Shown in pieces: positions 27,118 to 27,823 of a stretch of DNA of 27,823 nucleotides; positions within the stretch are counted from its first letter, which is position 1, and every line of letters begins with the position of its first letter. The notes under the pieces were generated by a model. The model saw only the letters and a list, made by a program, of their open reading frames with translations. It searched no databases and was not told where the DNA came from. The position numbers were made by a program, and so were the translations under genes. This DNA comes from a virus (lineage: Duplodnaviria; Caudoviricetes), in the IMG/VR virus record IMGVR_UViG_3300025848_000155, positions 1-27,823 of that record; one strand, 5' to 3'.

Positions 27118-27423
27118 TTAAAACGGTATATCTTCTTCGTCGAGCGTTTTGACTTCCTTCAGCGGCAACGCGACTGCGGCTGACACGTTGCTGACCAGTT
27201 GCTGAACTGTCGGCATCGGTGCGCGGTAGTGCCACGCAAGCGCTTGGCCGATGAGGTCGTGCAGCGCCTTGATGTCTTCTGGGAAAAGGTATTTCGATTC
27301 TTTCCATTCCTCGGTTTTTTTGTCCTTGTAGCGTTTTTGGATCGTGAACGTAACGCCACGATCATTCGCCCAAGCCGCAACGCTCAAGCCTTTGTGTTTC
27401 CAATCTGCTGTTGGCCGACCCAT
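27118..27423 (-). CDS. Putative ssDNA-binding protein (PC4-like fold) with SSB-type acidic tail
   Basis: 101 aa, RBS AAGGAG, W.N....T..KRYKD....W..S pattern, ends EEDIPF. Confidence 0.65.
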   Translation of the reverse strand: MGRPTADWKHKGLSVAAWANDRGVTFTIQKRYKDKKTEEWKESKYLFPEDIKALHDLIGQALAWHYRAPMPTVQQLVSNVSAAVALPLKEVKTLDEEDIPF

Positions 27424-27440
27424 ACAAACTCCTTATTTAG

Positions 27441-27485
27441 TTGCCAGACAAGGCAGACCGTAGTACGACAGTGACGGTCTGTCTA
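27441..27485. promoter_or_regulatory. Divergent control region with inverted repeat and candidate overlapping promoters
   Basis: AGGCAGACCGT-N12-ACGGTCTGTCT at 27451-27484 (10 of 11 positions match). Minus strand TAGACA-17-TACGGT, plus strand TTGCCA-17-TACGAC. Confidence 0.55.
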
Positions 27486-27498
27486 CTACAAAACAAAC

Positions 27499-27687
27499 AT
27501 GGAACAAAAAAATATAGAACAAACTCCGCAGTTACTTACGAAGTACGAATTGGCAAAATTTCTGAAGGTGCATTTCAGCACTTTGGACACGATGTTGAAA
27601 CGCGGTTTGCCACACATGAAGGTCAACAAAATGTATCGCTTCAATTTGGCTGAGGTGCTTGCGTGGATGAAGGTGCAGAATGACTAG
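27499..27687 (+). CDS. Excisionase/HTH_17-like DNA-binding protein
   Basis: 62 aa, LLT..ELA.FL.V...TL......GLP..K....RF....V..W signature. Confidence 0.85.
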   Translation: MEQKNIEQTPQLLTKYELAKFLKVHFSTLDTMLKRGLPHMKVNKMYRFNLAEVLAWMKVQND

Positions 27688-27823
27688 CAACGACAACGTG
27701 CATCGGTATCTTGCCGTACCGTTTTGGTTAATCGAACACCCCGAGCTGACGCAAGCTGAACACTATGTGTACGCCTATGTGTTGGGTTTCGACACCGCAA
27801 AGAAACAGTGCTTCGCCGGAGTG
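27680..27823 (+). CDS. 5' part of a probable winged-HTH replication initiator (truncated)
   Basis: Manual translation MTSNDNVHRYLAVPFWLIEHPELTQAEHYVYAYVLGFDTAKKQCFAGV is open to the window end and resembles phage replication-protein N-termini. Confidence 0.55.
   Translation, partial: MTSNDNVHRYLAVPFWLIEHPELTQAEHYVYAYVLGFDTAKKQCFAGV

Noticed and set aside
27104-27307. N-terminal extension of the 193-aa ORF in the track
   Set aside because: It overlaps the SSB-like gene, and a strong AGGAGG marks the start at 27103.
1-27823. Stop-codon reassignment, tRNA genes, CRISPR array
   Set aside because: TAA, TGA and TAG all end genes cleanly at high coding density. Intergenic gaps are short and I saw no cloverleaf or repeat-spacer pattern by eye.

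Overview
This window is about 27.8 kb of a short-tailed (podovirus-like) dsDNA phage or prophage read in the standard genetic code. The + strand (1-23774) carries an almost complete late region: large terminase, an 818-aa portal with a long coiled-coil tail, an inserted adhesin-like block, scaffold, major capsid protein, decoration and fibre genes, adaptor, nozzle, putative ejection proteins (the last with a lytic transglycosylase domain), a collar-domain fibre and a four-gene lysis cassette. A convergent - strand block (23767-27423) encodes VRR-NUC and other PD-(D/E)XK-like proteins, a Dam-family methyltransferase, a strongly basic/strongly acidic small-protein pair and an SSB-like protein. 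A palindromic divergent control region, an HTH gene and the start of a probable replication initiator follow. I saw no tRNA, CRISPR array, integrase, reverse transcriptase or IS element. All product calls come from recalled motifs and gene order, not from database searches. I cannot establish a new system from sequence alone. The best leads are the paired LGMP-motif fibre genes, the portal-linked adhesin cassette with an antisense-oriented terminator, the unusual lysis cassette and a possible anti-defence cluster around the methyltransferase.
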